Below, in pieces: positions 51,363 through 60,324 of a DNA stretch of 64,000 nucleotides. Position numbers and translations under genes: made by a program. The notes under the pieces are model-generated. The model searched no databases, was not told where the DNA came from, and was given only the letters and a program-made list of their open reading frames with translations. Each line of letters begins with the position of its first letter. The first letter of the stretch is position 1. The stretch is from the NCBI GenBank assembly GCA_024231215.1, contig JAAEQR010000072.1:257210-321209 (forward strand), given 5' to 3'. This stretch comes from PVC group bacterium (GTDB taxonomy: Bacteria > Omnitrophota > Gorgyraeia > B26-G9).

Positions 51363-51443
51363 GCAACCTATTCATTTTAAATCAGTTATGTCTATAAAAA
51401 AAATGCATTTTTCTTTGCAATATCTTAAAGGTTATGGTATAAT
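51363..51443 (+). promoter_or_regulatory. 26-bp upstream motif (51363-51388) plus sigma70 promoter (51415-51443)
   Basis: GCAACCTATTCATTTTAAATCAGTTA, then TTGCAA-17 bp-TATAAT with extended -10 TG. Confidence 0.7.
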
Positions 51444-51572
51444 TAATAAATTTTGGGTAACTTATTAAAAGCGTTAAACAAAGTTCATAAAAACATATCA
51501 TTTAATATAATAGTATAGAAACAAGGTGTTTGACATATTTGATGGTAAACAATTGTTGAGAGGTTTTATACT

Positions 51573-53045
51573 TTGAAAGTAAAATTATTTGTATCTAAAA
51601 ATTTTAATGTAATAATATTTATGCTTATTTTGCTGTGTTTTTCTCATATGAATACATCAAAGTTGCAGTCGGGACTGTTTTTGTCTGTCATTGAAAAGGA
51701 TAAATCAATAGAGCATTCTAGTTTGAATTATTTTCCTTCGAATAATTTATTAAGTAAAGAAAGTTTTCTTGCTCCAGTTTTACAGATGCAAAAAGATGAA
51801 TTTAGGATAAATTTTTATAAAGATCTTTTTGTCGAGCAATACATTAAGAACTGGAGAGTAATAGAAGGTCTTCAAAGCAGGGAAGGTCGTAGAATCCAAC
51901 GAAAGGGTGGTTTGGAGAAGGTCAAAAAGTGGAATTTGTCATTGGGGTCTAAATGGAAAATTCCGGGGTTAGAAGAACAACTGAAACTAGAGATGCCATG
52001 GATACAGAGGCTGTGGTATCTTCCCGGGCTTAAGAAAGCGCTTGCGGACAAACACAGGGATATTAATCATAAACATCTTGAATTTCTGTTTGATTATTAT
52101 CCAGAAGATGCTATGGAGTGTGTGCGTATTGCAATTACAGATGATGGATTTTTGCTTTCTCCAAATTTATTGAAAGCTTTGAATGAAATTGGACCAAAAG
52201 CAAAAAGTGTAAGTGATCTTTTATATGGGGTTCTGCTTCATCGCTTTTTTGGTTTCGCGGATATTAAAAAAGTCAGAGAAATTATTAAAACAATTAATAT
52301 AGAAGACTTGTCGGCATTAGACTCTGTTCAAGCAGCAGATATGAGAGTAGTCGTAGAAACCTTAACTGCAATTGATTCTGAGCATCTTGCAGATTTGAGA
52401 CTCATTGCGATGGATAAAATAGTTGGGCTTATTCAGAAAATAAAACAAGCAGAAGATTGGCTGTCTGAGGCACGCAGATTTGAAACTAAATTATATGAGG
52501 AAGAAGAAGCTGAAAGTAACGTTCCGGTAAGAGAAATAAATCATCAGTTGATCTATATCGATGAGGAAATAAGAAAACAAACTGTATATGAAACCATATA
52601 TTCGGAAGGAACTCAGGATCCAGAATCCAAGTCGATTCCCTTAGACACAACGTTTGAGGCGGAGAAATTGCGTAAATGGGAGAAGGAGATACGAGAGGAT
52701 AAATCCTGGAAAGAAGTAGAAAGAATAAATAAAAAGGTTAAGGCTCAGGTTTTTGCTTTGGTAAAAAAGATTAGCGATGGTAAATATGAGATAAAGGGAG
52801 ATTTGAAAAGTGCTATAAGGCGTCTTCATGACAAAGCATCAAAGATAATGAATGCTTTTATTTTTACAGAAATAGATATGGTTCCGGCAGCTACATTTAT
52901 CCCGGATGAAAGTGAATCTAGAAGACTAGAATGTCTTGAAGTAATTGAAGGATTGTTCAGGTATTATGCTTTTGATACTAGTAGTACAAAATTTTCAGTT
53001 ACTGTTCCTTGGGCAGGTCTAAATAAGATTGAGCAATCAATTTAA
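51573..53045 (+). CDS. LAP...EQSI family exported helical protein, function unknown
   Basis: TTG start with SD GAGAGG, hydrophobic N-terminus, FLAPVLQMQKDEFRINF box, ends KIEQSI*. Confidence 0.8.
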   Translation: MKVKLFVSKNFNVIIFMLILLCFSHMNTSKLQSGLFLSVIEKDKSIEHSSLNYFPSNNLLSKESFLAPVLQMQKDEFRINFYKDLFVEQYIKNWRVIEGLQSREGRRIQRKGGLEKVKKWNLSLGSKWKIPGLEEQLKLEMPWIQRLWYLPGLKKALADKHRDINHKHLEFLFDYYPEDAMECVRIAITDDGFLLSPNLLKALNEIGPKAKSVSDLLYGVLLHRFFGFADIKKVREIIKTINIEDLSALDSVQAADMRVVVETLTAIDSEHLADLRLIAMDKIVGLIQKIKQAEDWLSEARRFETKLYEEEEAESNVPVREINHQLIYIDEEIRKQTVYETIYSEGTQDPESKSIPLDTTFEAEKLRKWEKEIREDKSWKEVERINKKVKAQVFALVKKISDGKYEIKGDLKSAIRRLHDKASKIMNAFIFTEIDMVPAATFIPDESESRRLECLEVIEGLFRYYAFDTSSTKFSVTVPWAGLNKIEQSI

Positions 53046-53132
53046 GCAATAAAGGGACAATTTTTAGTGGTTGGATTTTTGCTTGTTCTCGCCCCATTAT
53101 TTGTTAAAACTTACCTATTATTAGAGTGTATC

Positions 53133-53161
53133 TTGACATCTATTATGTTTTATGATATAAA
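53133..53161 (+). promoter_or_regulatory. sigma70-type promoter of the glycan locus
   Basis: TTGACA-17 bp-TATAAA with extended -10 TG. Confidence 0.65.
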
Positions 53162-53216
53162 AGAAAGCTCATATATGAATCTTACAAAAACCTATATATA
53201 GGAAGGAGAGGACTAA

Positions 53217-54677
53217 ATGAGTGTTAAACACTATGCTACTGCCCCGGAAGATCGCATTGCTATTCTTCAAAAAGTTGCTTATGGTTTGGGAATGTTATGT
53301 AATAATTTAATCCCTGCGGCACTTGGGTGTATGGCAGTTGTCCTTAATTTAGGCTTAGGTATGAATCCTGCCTTAATAGGCTATATAATGTCTTTTCCTC
53401 GGTTGGTCGATGCTTTTACTGATCCTGTCATGGGTTATGTTTCTGATAATACAAAATCACGTTTTGGCCGGCGCAGGCCATATATCTTTTTTGGAGCAAT
53501 TCTTTCAGGAGTCATATTTGCTTTAATTTGGCAGCTTGGTGCTGGTCATAGTGAAATGTTCTATTTCTGGTTTTTCCTGATTGGATGTATTCTTTTATTT
53601 GTTGGTACTACTGTTTTTGCTACACCTTTTATTGCCTTTGGCTATGAAATGACTCCGGATTATCATGAGAGAACAAGAGTTATGGCTTGGGCTAATTGGT
53701 TTGGACAGATTCCTTGGCTGTTGTGCCCGTGGTTCTGGTGGATAATGGCTAATAAGAATTTCTTTGAGACTTCGGTTGACGGAGCCAGAGCTATAGCTCT
53801 AGGTGTGGGGGCAACAGTTGTTATCCTTGGGATAATGCCGGCTATTTTCTGTAAAGAACGCTATAAAAATACTGCTGGAACTGAAACTAAATCAGTTAAG
53901 GGCGCATTGGATAAAATTAAAGAATTTGGAACTGGATTTGTTAATACAATTAAAGTTCCGCCTTTCCTTAAGTTGTGTACAGCCACCTTCTTTCTTTTTA
54001 ATGGATTTATGCTTGTTTCTGGATTAGGGATGTATGTATTAATCTATTATTTATTTGGTGGAGATACGGTAATGGGAGGTAAGTATAGTGGACTTTTTGG
54101 CACTACCTCTGCTCTTTCAACAATATTTATTGTTATTCCGCTTGTAACAAGGCTTTCAACGAAATTAGGTAAAAGAAAAGCATTTATTATATCAACATCT
54201 ATCTCTATCCTTGGATTTCTTATTAAATGGTGGTGTTTTAACCCAGAGTATGCGCATTTAATAGTATTTAAAGGGATATCGTTAATTCCATTATTACCGG
54301 CTGTTTTGATTTCCTTTGGGATTGGTGGGTTATTTACAACTGTCGGCGCAATGATGGCGGATACTTGTGATTTAGATGAATTAAGTAGTGGCAGTAGAAG
54401 AGAAGGGGTTTTTGGGGCTATTTATTGGTGGACAGTTAAATTAGGAATGTCTGTAGCTTTTGCATTGTCCGGGCATGTTCTTAATGCTACGGGGTTTAAT
54501 GTTGAATTAGGTACTGCTCAGGCAGCAAAAACACTATTAATGCTTAGAGTTTTTGATATTATAATTCCAATTATAACGTCAATAATAGCAATACTCGCAA
54601 TAGTTTTTTATAAAATTACTGAAGAAAGAGCGCATGAAATCCGGGCTGAACTTGAAAAACGGCGCGGAAAAAATTAG
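53217..54677 (+). CDS. MFS transporter, glycoside-pentoside-hexuronide (GPH/MelB-like) cation symporter
   Basis: KVAYGLG, DAFTDPVMGYVSDNTKSRFGRRRPY, EMTPDYHER, MMAD..D..E...G.RREG; ~12 TM helices. Confidence 0.92.
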   Translation: MSVKHYATAPEDRIAILQKVAYGLGMLCNNLIPAALGCMAVVLNLGLGMNPALIGYIMSFPRLVDAFTDPVMGYVSDNTKSRFGRRRPYIFFGAILSGVIFALIWQLGAGHSEMFYFWFFLIGCILLFVGTTVFATPFIAFGYEMTPDYHERTRVMAWANWFGQIPWLLCPWFWWIMANKNFFETSVDGARAIALGVGATVVILGIMPAIFCKERYKNTAGTETKSVKGALDKIKEFGTGFVNTIKVPPFLKLCTATFFLFNGFMLVSGLGMYVLIYYLFGGDTVMGGKYSGLFGTTSALSTIFIVIPLVTRLSTKLGKRKAFIISTSISILGFLIKWWCFNPEYAHLIVFKGISLIPLLPAVLISFGIGGLFTTVGAMMADTCDLDELSSGSRREGVFGAIYWWTVKLGMSVAFALSGHVLNATGFNVELGTAQAAKTLLMLRVFDIIIPIITSIIAILAIVFYKITEERAHEIRAELEKRRGKN

Positions 54678-54691
54678 TTTGTTATAAAAGT

Positions 54692-56587
54692 ATGAGAACA
54701 TTCAAAATTATAGTTATCTTTTATTTGATGATATTTCTTGTAGCTGGGTATTGTTTTGCTGCGCCTGAGCCTACTTTTAAACTATATGATCAGGGTACAG
54801 AAGATATTGTTAATTATGAAGAGTATGGTGAATTTAAAAATATAGGTAAAGAAGGATATAAGTACAAACCTAAGAAACGAAAAGAATTATCTGCAGCAGT
54901 AGGTGAAGGGATATACCCGAATACAAAAAGCCTGTCTAAAGATCCTCAGTTCAAAAAATATAAAAAGAATAAAAAGCTTCTGGGCAGCCAATGGGCGTTT
55001 GTAAATAGTGCTGATTATCAGGCAAATTTTTATCGCTGGGCAATGGCAGCAGAAAGTCCAGGGGTGAAATTATTTTATACAGCTCAAGCTTTAGAGAATG
55101 CTGATCATATAAAGCACGCGATTAAAGCTTACTATGCATTGGTTGTGAATTTCCCAAAAGAGGTTGGTGTTACCTATTGGGGGACACCATGGTATGTAGG
55201 CCCGGCTTCCTTAGATAGAATCCTATATCTGACCCAAGAATATCCGGAATTAGGAATAAAACTTGTTGATGCTAAAATTAGCGTAGAAAACCGCTATGAT
55301 GATAATCGGCGTAACGATGTGTTCATGGTTAATCCGGGAAAATTAATACAGTGCGATCCTAGTGAAGTGATAGGTAAACCTGCTGATTTAAAGGTTCTTG
55401 ATGTCATTGAACGCAAAGATTTTGGTCAGGTAAGTTTAGTTAAATATGGCAATGGCCATTGGCAAATGCTTGTTGACGGTGAGCCGTTTATGATAAAAGG
55501 TGTTGCCTATCAACCAAGCATGATCGGTCAAAGCCCGGATATCGGGACTTTAGAAGACTGGTCGCATATGGATAAGAACAAGAACGCTAAAATTGACAGT
55601 CCGTATGATGCTTGGGTTGATAAAAATAAAAACAATATTCAAGACGATAATGAGCCATCAATCGGTGATTTTCAGTTGTTGAAAGATATGGGCGCAAATG
55701 TGTTCAGAATTTATCATCATGATTTTGTCGGGAATAAAAAGATATTCCAGGATTTATATAAAAATTACGGTATTCGCATTATAATCGGAGATTTTTTAGG
55801 AATGTATGCCGTTGGTTCCAAGGCTTCCTGGGATCCCGGAACCAATTATTCTGATCCGCAGCAGCAGAGGAATATGCTTGATTCGGTAATGAAAATGGTT
55901 AATGATTACAAGGACGAACCTTGTGTATTAATGTGGGTTTTTGGAAATGAAAATAATTACGGCACAGCGAATAATTCAGGAGAAGAACCTGAAGCATACT
56001 ATCATTTTGTTAATGAGGTAGCAAAGAAAATAAAAGAAGTTGATCCCCATCATCCGGTAGCAATTTGTAATGGAGATATACATTTTCTTGATATTTTTGC
56101 CCAGCAGTGTCCGGATGTAGATATATTTGGGGTTAATTCATATCGGGGCAAACATGGATTTGGTTATTATAATTTTTGGCTTCCGATTAAAGAAATTGCC
56201 GATAAACCTGTACTGGTTACCGAATATGGGTGTCCTGCTTACGGCCATAAGTACAGTCGTGATTACGCAGAGAATTTTCAGGCTGAATATCTTGTGAATA
56301 ATTGGATGGATATGGTTGATAATAGTGCCGGTTCCGGATCGGGCAATGCCATTGGTGGGGCTTTGTTTGAATATCTGGATGAATGGTGGAAAACAGGAGC
56401 ACCTCCCGGATATCCGGACATCATTCAAGATGTAGTGCCTAATGTGGGAGGGCCTTATGTTGATGGCTGGTATTATGAGGAATGGTTTGGGATAGTTAGC
56501 CAGGGAGACGGTACAGATTCTCCGTTTATGCGTCAATTAAGAAAAGCATATTTTGAGTTACAGAAAATTTGGAAAGAAGAAGAATGA
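54692..56587 (+). CDS. Exported clan GH-A (GH2-like TIM barrel) glycoside hydrolase with an N-terminal helical extension
   Basis: Signal peptide. IKGVAY, GANVFRIY, WVFGNENNY (acid/base), DPHHPV, VTEYG (nucleophile), DEWWK, EEWFG. Confidence 0.85.
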   Translation: MRTFKIIVIFYLMIFLVAGYCFAAPEPTFKLYDQGTEDIVNYEEYGEFKNIGKEGYKYKPKKRKELSAAVGEGIYPNTKSLSKDPQFKKYKKNKKLLGSQWAFVNSADYQANFYRWAMAAESPGVKLFYTAQALENADHIKHAIKAYYALVVNFPKEVGVTYWGTPWYVGPASLDRILYLTQEYPELGIKLVDAKISVENRYDDNRRNDVFMVNPGKLIQCDPSEVIGKPADLKVLDVIERKDFGQVSLVKYGNGHWQMLVDGEPFMIKGVAYQPSMIGQSPDIGTLEDWSHMDKNKNAKIDSPYDAWVDKNKNNIQDDNEPSIGDFQLLKDMGANVFRIYHHDFVGNKKIFQDLYKNYGIRIIIGDFLGMYAVGSKASWDPGTNYSDPQQQRNMLDSVMKMVNDYKDEPCVLMWVFGNENNYGTANNSGEEPEAYYHFVNEVAKKIKEVDPHHPVAICNGDIHFLDIFAQQCPDVDIFGVNSYRGKHGFGYYNFWLPIKEIADKPVLVTEYGCPAYGHKYSRDYAENFQAEYLVNNWMDMVDNSAGSGSGNAIGGALFEYLDEWWKTGAPPGYPDIIQDVVPNVGGPYVDGWYYEEWFGIVSQGDGTDSPFMRQLRKAYFELQKIWKEEE

Positions 56588-57243
56588 AGAAAAAAAATAA
56601 TATAGTCAATAGAAAAAAAATAAATATAATGGTGGTTTTTTTTGTTATTTGTTTTTTATTTTCTCTATGGACTATAAGCTATGAGCCATGGACTTCTCTT
56701 TCTTTTGCTCAGGAGGAAGTGAAAGAAGAAGAAATAAAGCAGGTTTTTGTCTATGCGGATAAGGATTCTGAGAAAAATAGTTTTTCCCCCTCAGAATGGA
56801 TAGCTGATGGAGAGGATTTGAGTTTCGATGGCGGTTGGGAAAAAGATCCGCAGCAGGGAAAGACTTGCATAAAAATAGATTATAAGGCAGCTGGTAATTT
56901 TGGTTGGGCGGGGATATACTGGGTTAATCCAAAAGGGAATTGGGGTAATCAAAAAGGGGGGTATGATCTTCGTTTTGCTAAAAAGCTTACATTTTGGGTG
57001 CGCGGTGAAAAGGGTGGCGAATATATTGCGGGATTTAAATTCGGGGGGTTAAAAGGAGTCTTCCCGGATTCAGATAACCATGGTATCGGCCCCATAACGT
57101 TAACCGAACAATGGCAAGAATTAAGCATAGATATATCTCAAAGAAACATGAAATATATCAGTGCCGGGTTTAGTTTTGCCATTACTAAAGCCCATAATCG
57201 CAATGGTTGCACTTTTTATATAGATAATATAAAATATGAATAA
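56584..57243 (+). CDS. Exported CBM-like beta-sandwich protein, paralogue 1
   Basis: ATGA overlap with the upstream stop. WAGIYWVNPKGNWG, KKLTFWVRGEKGGE, LTEQWQELSID, FYIDNIKYE. Confidence 0.75.
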   Translation: MKKKNNIVNRKKINIMVVFFVICFLFSLWTISYEPWTSLSFAQEEVKEEEIKQVFVYADKDSEKNSFSPSEWIADGEDLSFDGGWEKDPQQGKTCIKIDYKAAGNFGWAGIYWVNPKGNWGNQKGGYDLRFAKKLTFWVRGEKGGEYIAGFKFGGLKGVFPDSDNHGIGPITLTEQWQELSIDISQRNMKYISAGFSFAITKAHNRNGCTFYIDNIKYE

Positions 57244-57343
57244 AGATATCCGCTACAAAAATCGGCGGATCCAATTTGTGTAGATCATTTAGTTCATAAA
57301 GTCGCTAAATGATGTGCTTATTAGAGAAAGGAGGAGCAAGGTG

Positions 57344-57991
57344 ATGAAAAAATTAAGTTGGATTGTAGTAGTAATGATTTTGGGATTATTCTTGAGCTTG
57401 AATGTTCAAGCGCAGGATATGGCTGAGGATTATGAAGAAGAGGAATTAGTTGGTAGACCGGCAAAGTTTGTAGATGGGGTTTTTGGGGTTTATTATGATC
57501 GGGGTAATCGTCAGAATCATTATATCCCATCGGGCTGGATGGGTGATCATGGTGATATCAAGATGAATGAGAATTGTAAAGAGAACCCGCATAGCGGCAA
57601 GAGCTGTATAAAGTTTACCTATACCGCAGAAGGCAAGCAGGGGGCGAATTGGTGTGGAGTAGCTTGGCAGAACCCGGCAAATAACTGGGGTGAAAAAAAT
57701 GGCGGAAAAGACTTGACTGGAGCAACAAAGCTGACTTTCTGGGCCCGAGGGGAACAGGGAAATGAACGCATACTGGAGTTTAAATTCGGCGGTATCGGAG
57801 GAACTTATGCGGATTCTGATTCTATGGGTATTGGACCAATTGATGTTACTACAGAGTGGCAGCAATATACTATAGACTTAACGGATACTGACTTATCTTA
57901 TATTATTGGAGGCTTCTGTTGGTCGACAAATGCGGATGCTAATCCTGATGGATGTGTTTTTTATCTTGATGATATCCAATATGAAAAATAA
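57344..57991 (+). CDS. Exported CBM-like protein, paralogue 2
   Basis: SD AAGGAGG gives a start at GTG 57341 or ATG 57344. Signal ends VQA-Q. PSGWMGD, WQNPANNWG, FYLDDIQYE. Confidence 0.8.
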   Translation: MKKLSWIVVVMILGLFLSLNVQAQDMAEDYEEEELVGRPAKFVDGVFGVYYDRGNRQNHYIPSGWMGDHGDIKMNENCKENPHSGKSCIKFTYTAEGKQGANWCGVAWQNPANNWGEKNGGKDLTGATKLTFWARGEQGNERILEFKFGGIGGTYADSDSMGIGPIDVTTEWQQYTIDLTDTDLSYIIGGFCWSTNADANPDGCVFYLDDIQYEK

Positions 57992-58021
57992 TTATTGAAA
58001 AATCTAGGTTAGATTGATTAT

Positions 58022-58060
58022 AAAAGGGTAGGGGTTAGAATAGTAGCTTCTACCCTTTTT
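58022..58060 (+). terminator. Rho-independent terminator
   Basis: AAAAGGGTAGGGGTT/AGCTTCTACCCTTTT hairpin followed by a T run. Near-copy at 58915-58950. Confidence 0.75.
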
Positions 58061-58243
58061 AATAGTAAGGGGTGTTAGTTCACAGAACAGAGAGGGTTGC
58101 ATTTTTTTTATAGATGATATAAAATAAAGAACAATAGAAATAGGTTGTTTTGCCAAAAGACTTGGCAGATTTAATTCGCGTAGATTACTTAGCTTTACGT
58201 TGTTCGCTAAGTAATGCGTTTATTAAAGAAAGGAGGCAAAGGA

Positions 58244-58879
58244 ATGCAAAAGATTAAAATTTTACTAGTGATGCTTATTGCTAGTTTGATACTGAGTGTT
58301 AATGTACAGGCTCAGGATGATAATTACGAGGAATTAATTGGTAGGCCGGGAAAGTTTGTAGACGGGGTATTCGGAGTATACTTTGACCGGGGTAATCGTC
58401 AGAATCATTTTTGTCCTTCAGGCTGGATGGGCGATTTTGGCGATGTAAAGATGAATGAAAAATGGACAGATAACCCGCATAGCGGCAAGAGCTGTATAAA
58501 GTTTACTTATACGGGAAAAGGCAAGCAGGGTGCAAATTGGTGTGGCGTGTTCTGGCAGAATCCTCCAAATAACTGGGGTGAAAAAAAGGGTGGTTTCGAC
58601 TTGAGCGAAGCGACAAAACTTACTTTCTGGGCCAGAGGAGAAACAGGCAAAGAACGTATTCAGGAATTTAAAATGGGTGGTATTGGCGGGACTTATTCGG
58701 ATTCTGATTCGGCTGGAATCGGTCCGGTTGATCTGACTACAGAGTGGCAGCAATATACGATTGATCTTACTGATGTTGATCTTACATATGTTAACGGTGG
58801 TTTTTGCTGGTCAACTAATATTGATGCTAATCCGGAAGGATGTGTGTTATACTTGGATGATATTCAATACGAACAGTAA
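58244..58879 (+). CDS. Exported CBM-like protein, paralogue 3 (tandem duplicate of 57344-57991)
   Basis: SD AAGGAGG before ATG 58244. Mature region is highly similar to paralogue 2. Confidence 0.8.
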   Translation: MQKIKILLVMLIASLILSVNVQAQDDNYEELIGRPGKFVDGVFGVYFDRGNRQNHFCPSGWMGDFGDVKMNEKWTDNPHSGKSCIKFTYTGKGKQGANWCGVFWQNPPNNWGEKKGGFDLSEATKLTFWARGETGKERIQEFKMGGIGGTYSDSDSAGIGPVDLTTEWQQYTIDLTDVDLTYVNGGFCWSTNIDANPEGCVLYLDDIQYEQ

Positions 58880-58914
58880 TTGTGGGGGGAAGAATAGTCA
58901 ATATATAGATTTGT

Positions 58915-58950
58915 AAAGGGTAGGGGTTAGGGGAAAAGCTTCTACCCCTT
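58915..58950 (+). terminator. Terminator-like hairpin, duplicate of 58022-58060
   Basis: AAAGGGTAGGGGTT...AGCTTCTACCCCTT with a weaker T tail. Confidence 0.55.
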
Positions 58951-59000
58951 ATTTATAATTAAGGGAGTTTTTTAAGAAGGGAAAATAAAGGGAATTTATA

Positions 59001-60272
59001 ATGAAAAGACGTACAATCGCTATATTTTTAATTTTAATTTTCGGCTTTAATTTTGAACTAAAAGCGGAAACGGATAAGATTGTTATTAAGAAGTTAAAAA
59101 ACGGACATTATCAGATGCTGGTGAATGAAAAACCGTATGTGGTAAAAGGTGTCTGTTATGCTCCGATACCTATAGGTAAAAGTCATTTGACTAATTTTAT
59201 GTGCGATCCAAACAAACCTTGGGTTGTAGATGGAAAAATCATGCAGGAAATGGGTATTAATACGATCAGATTATACCATGCTGGAGATGAACCAAAATTT
59301 TGCAAAGCAATGATTGAGGATTTATATAAGCTTTATGGGATACGTACAATTTTAGGTCATAATTTGGGGTTTTGGGATTATCCACCGCCTAATTATGGAG
59401 ATGAGGAATTTATTAAGGAGATAACCGAAGAAACCCTCAAAATGATTGAATATTTTAAAGATACCCAGGGAATTTTATTCTGGAACTTAGGGAATGAGAA
59501 TAATTATAGCTTTGACGGCCGGATAAATCCTTGGAGTACTCCGGAGATTGATGAATTGAAAAGTCATCGGGATAAAACAAATGCCCGGGCAAAGATTTAT
59601 TATTCTTTTGTAAATGAGGTAGCAAAAAAGATAAAAGAAATCGATCCTAATCATCCTGTATCCTTAGGTAATGGGGAGACAGTAGGTCTTAAAATTGCTG
59701 CGGGAAATTGTCCGGATGTTGATTTGTTAGGATGCATAGTATATCGTGGAAAGGTATTTGGTACTTTTTTCAAAGAAGTTAAACGTAAATTTGATAAACC
59801 GGTGGTATTAACTGAATATGGTTGTGACGCCTATAATGCAGTAAAACAAAAAGAAGATCAGAGGAATCAGGCGAAGTTTTTAAGAAGTCAATGGTTGGAT
59901 TTAGAGAAAAACTTTGCGAATGGAGAAGGCATAGGTAACTGTTTGGGCGGTGCTATATTCGAATGGACCGATGAGTGGTGGAAAACATCTGAATCTGACC
60001 GAGATAGTTGGCTGGTGCATGATATAAGCGCTAGCTGGGGTATGGGAGCGTATGATTTTGATGCTAAGGCGGGAAAGAATATGAACGAGGAATGGTTTGG
60101 TCTTCTGGCTATATCTGAGGAATTAGATGAAAGTGGTAATAATAAAAGGATTCCGCGCAAAGCATATTATGTCTTAAGAGCATTGTGGAATGATAAAGTA
60201 GCTCGAGAAAAAGAAACAGAAAAAAAGAAAAAGCCTAAGGGTGCTAAAGTTATAAAGAAGAATACGAAATAA
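59001..60272 (+). CDS. Exported clan GH-A (GH2-like TIM barrel) glycoside hydrolase
   Basis: Signal peptide. VKGVCY, GINTIRLY, WNLGNENNY, DPNHPV, LTEYG, DEWWK, NEEWFG. Confidence 0.85.
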   Translation: MKRRTIAIFLILIFGFNFELKAETDKIVIKKLKNGHYQMLVNEKPYVVKGVCYAPIPIGKSHLTNFMCDPNKPWVVDGKIMQEMGINTIRLYHAGDEPKFCKAMIEDLYKLYGIRTILGHNLGFWDYPPPNYGDEEFIKEITEETLKMIEYFKDTQGILFWNLGNENNYSFDGRINPWSTPEIDELKSHRDKTNARAKIYYSFVNEVAKKIKEIDPNHPVSLGNGETVGLKIAAGNCPDVDLLGCIVYRGKVFGTFFKEVKRKFDKPVVLTEYGCDAYNAVKQKEDQRNQAKFLRSQWLDLEKNFANGEGIGNCLGGAIFEWTDEWWKTSESDRDSWLVHDISASWGMGAYDFDAKAGKNMNEEWFGLLAISEELDESGNNKRIPRKAYYVLRALWNDKVAREKETEKKKKPKGAKVIKKNTK

Positions 60273-60324
60273 CGCCGCAAATGGGCGTTTTGCAGGAGCA
60301 CTATTAACAAAGAGAGGTGGAGGC

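Noticed and set aside
5730-58243. Track start sites 5730, 7818, 14689, 50925, 56569, 57314 and 58214
   Set aside because: Downstream in-frame starts have better SD spacing, a stop/start overlap or a cleaner N-terminus, so the starts were moved.
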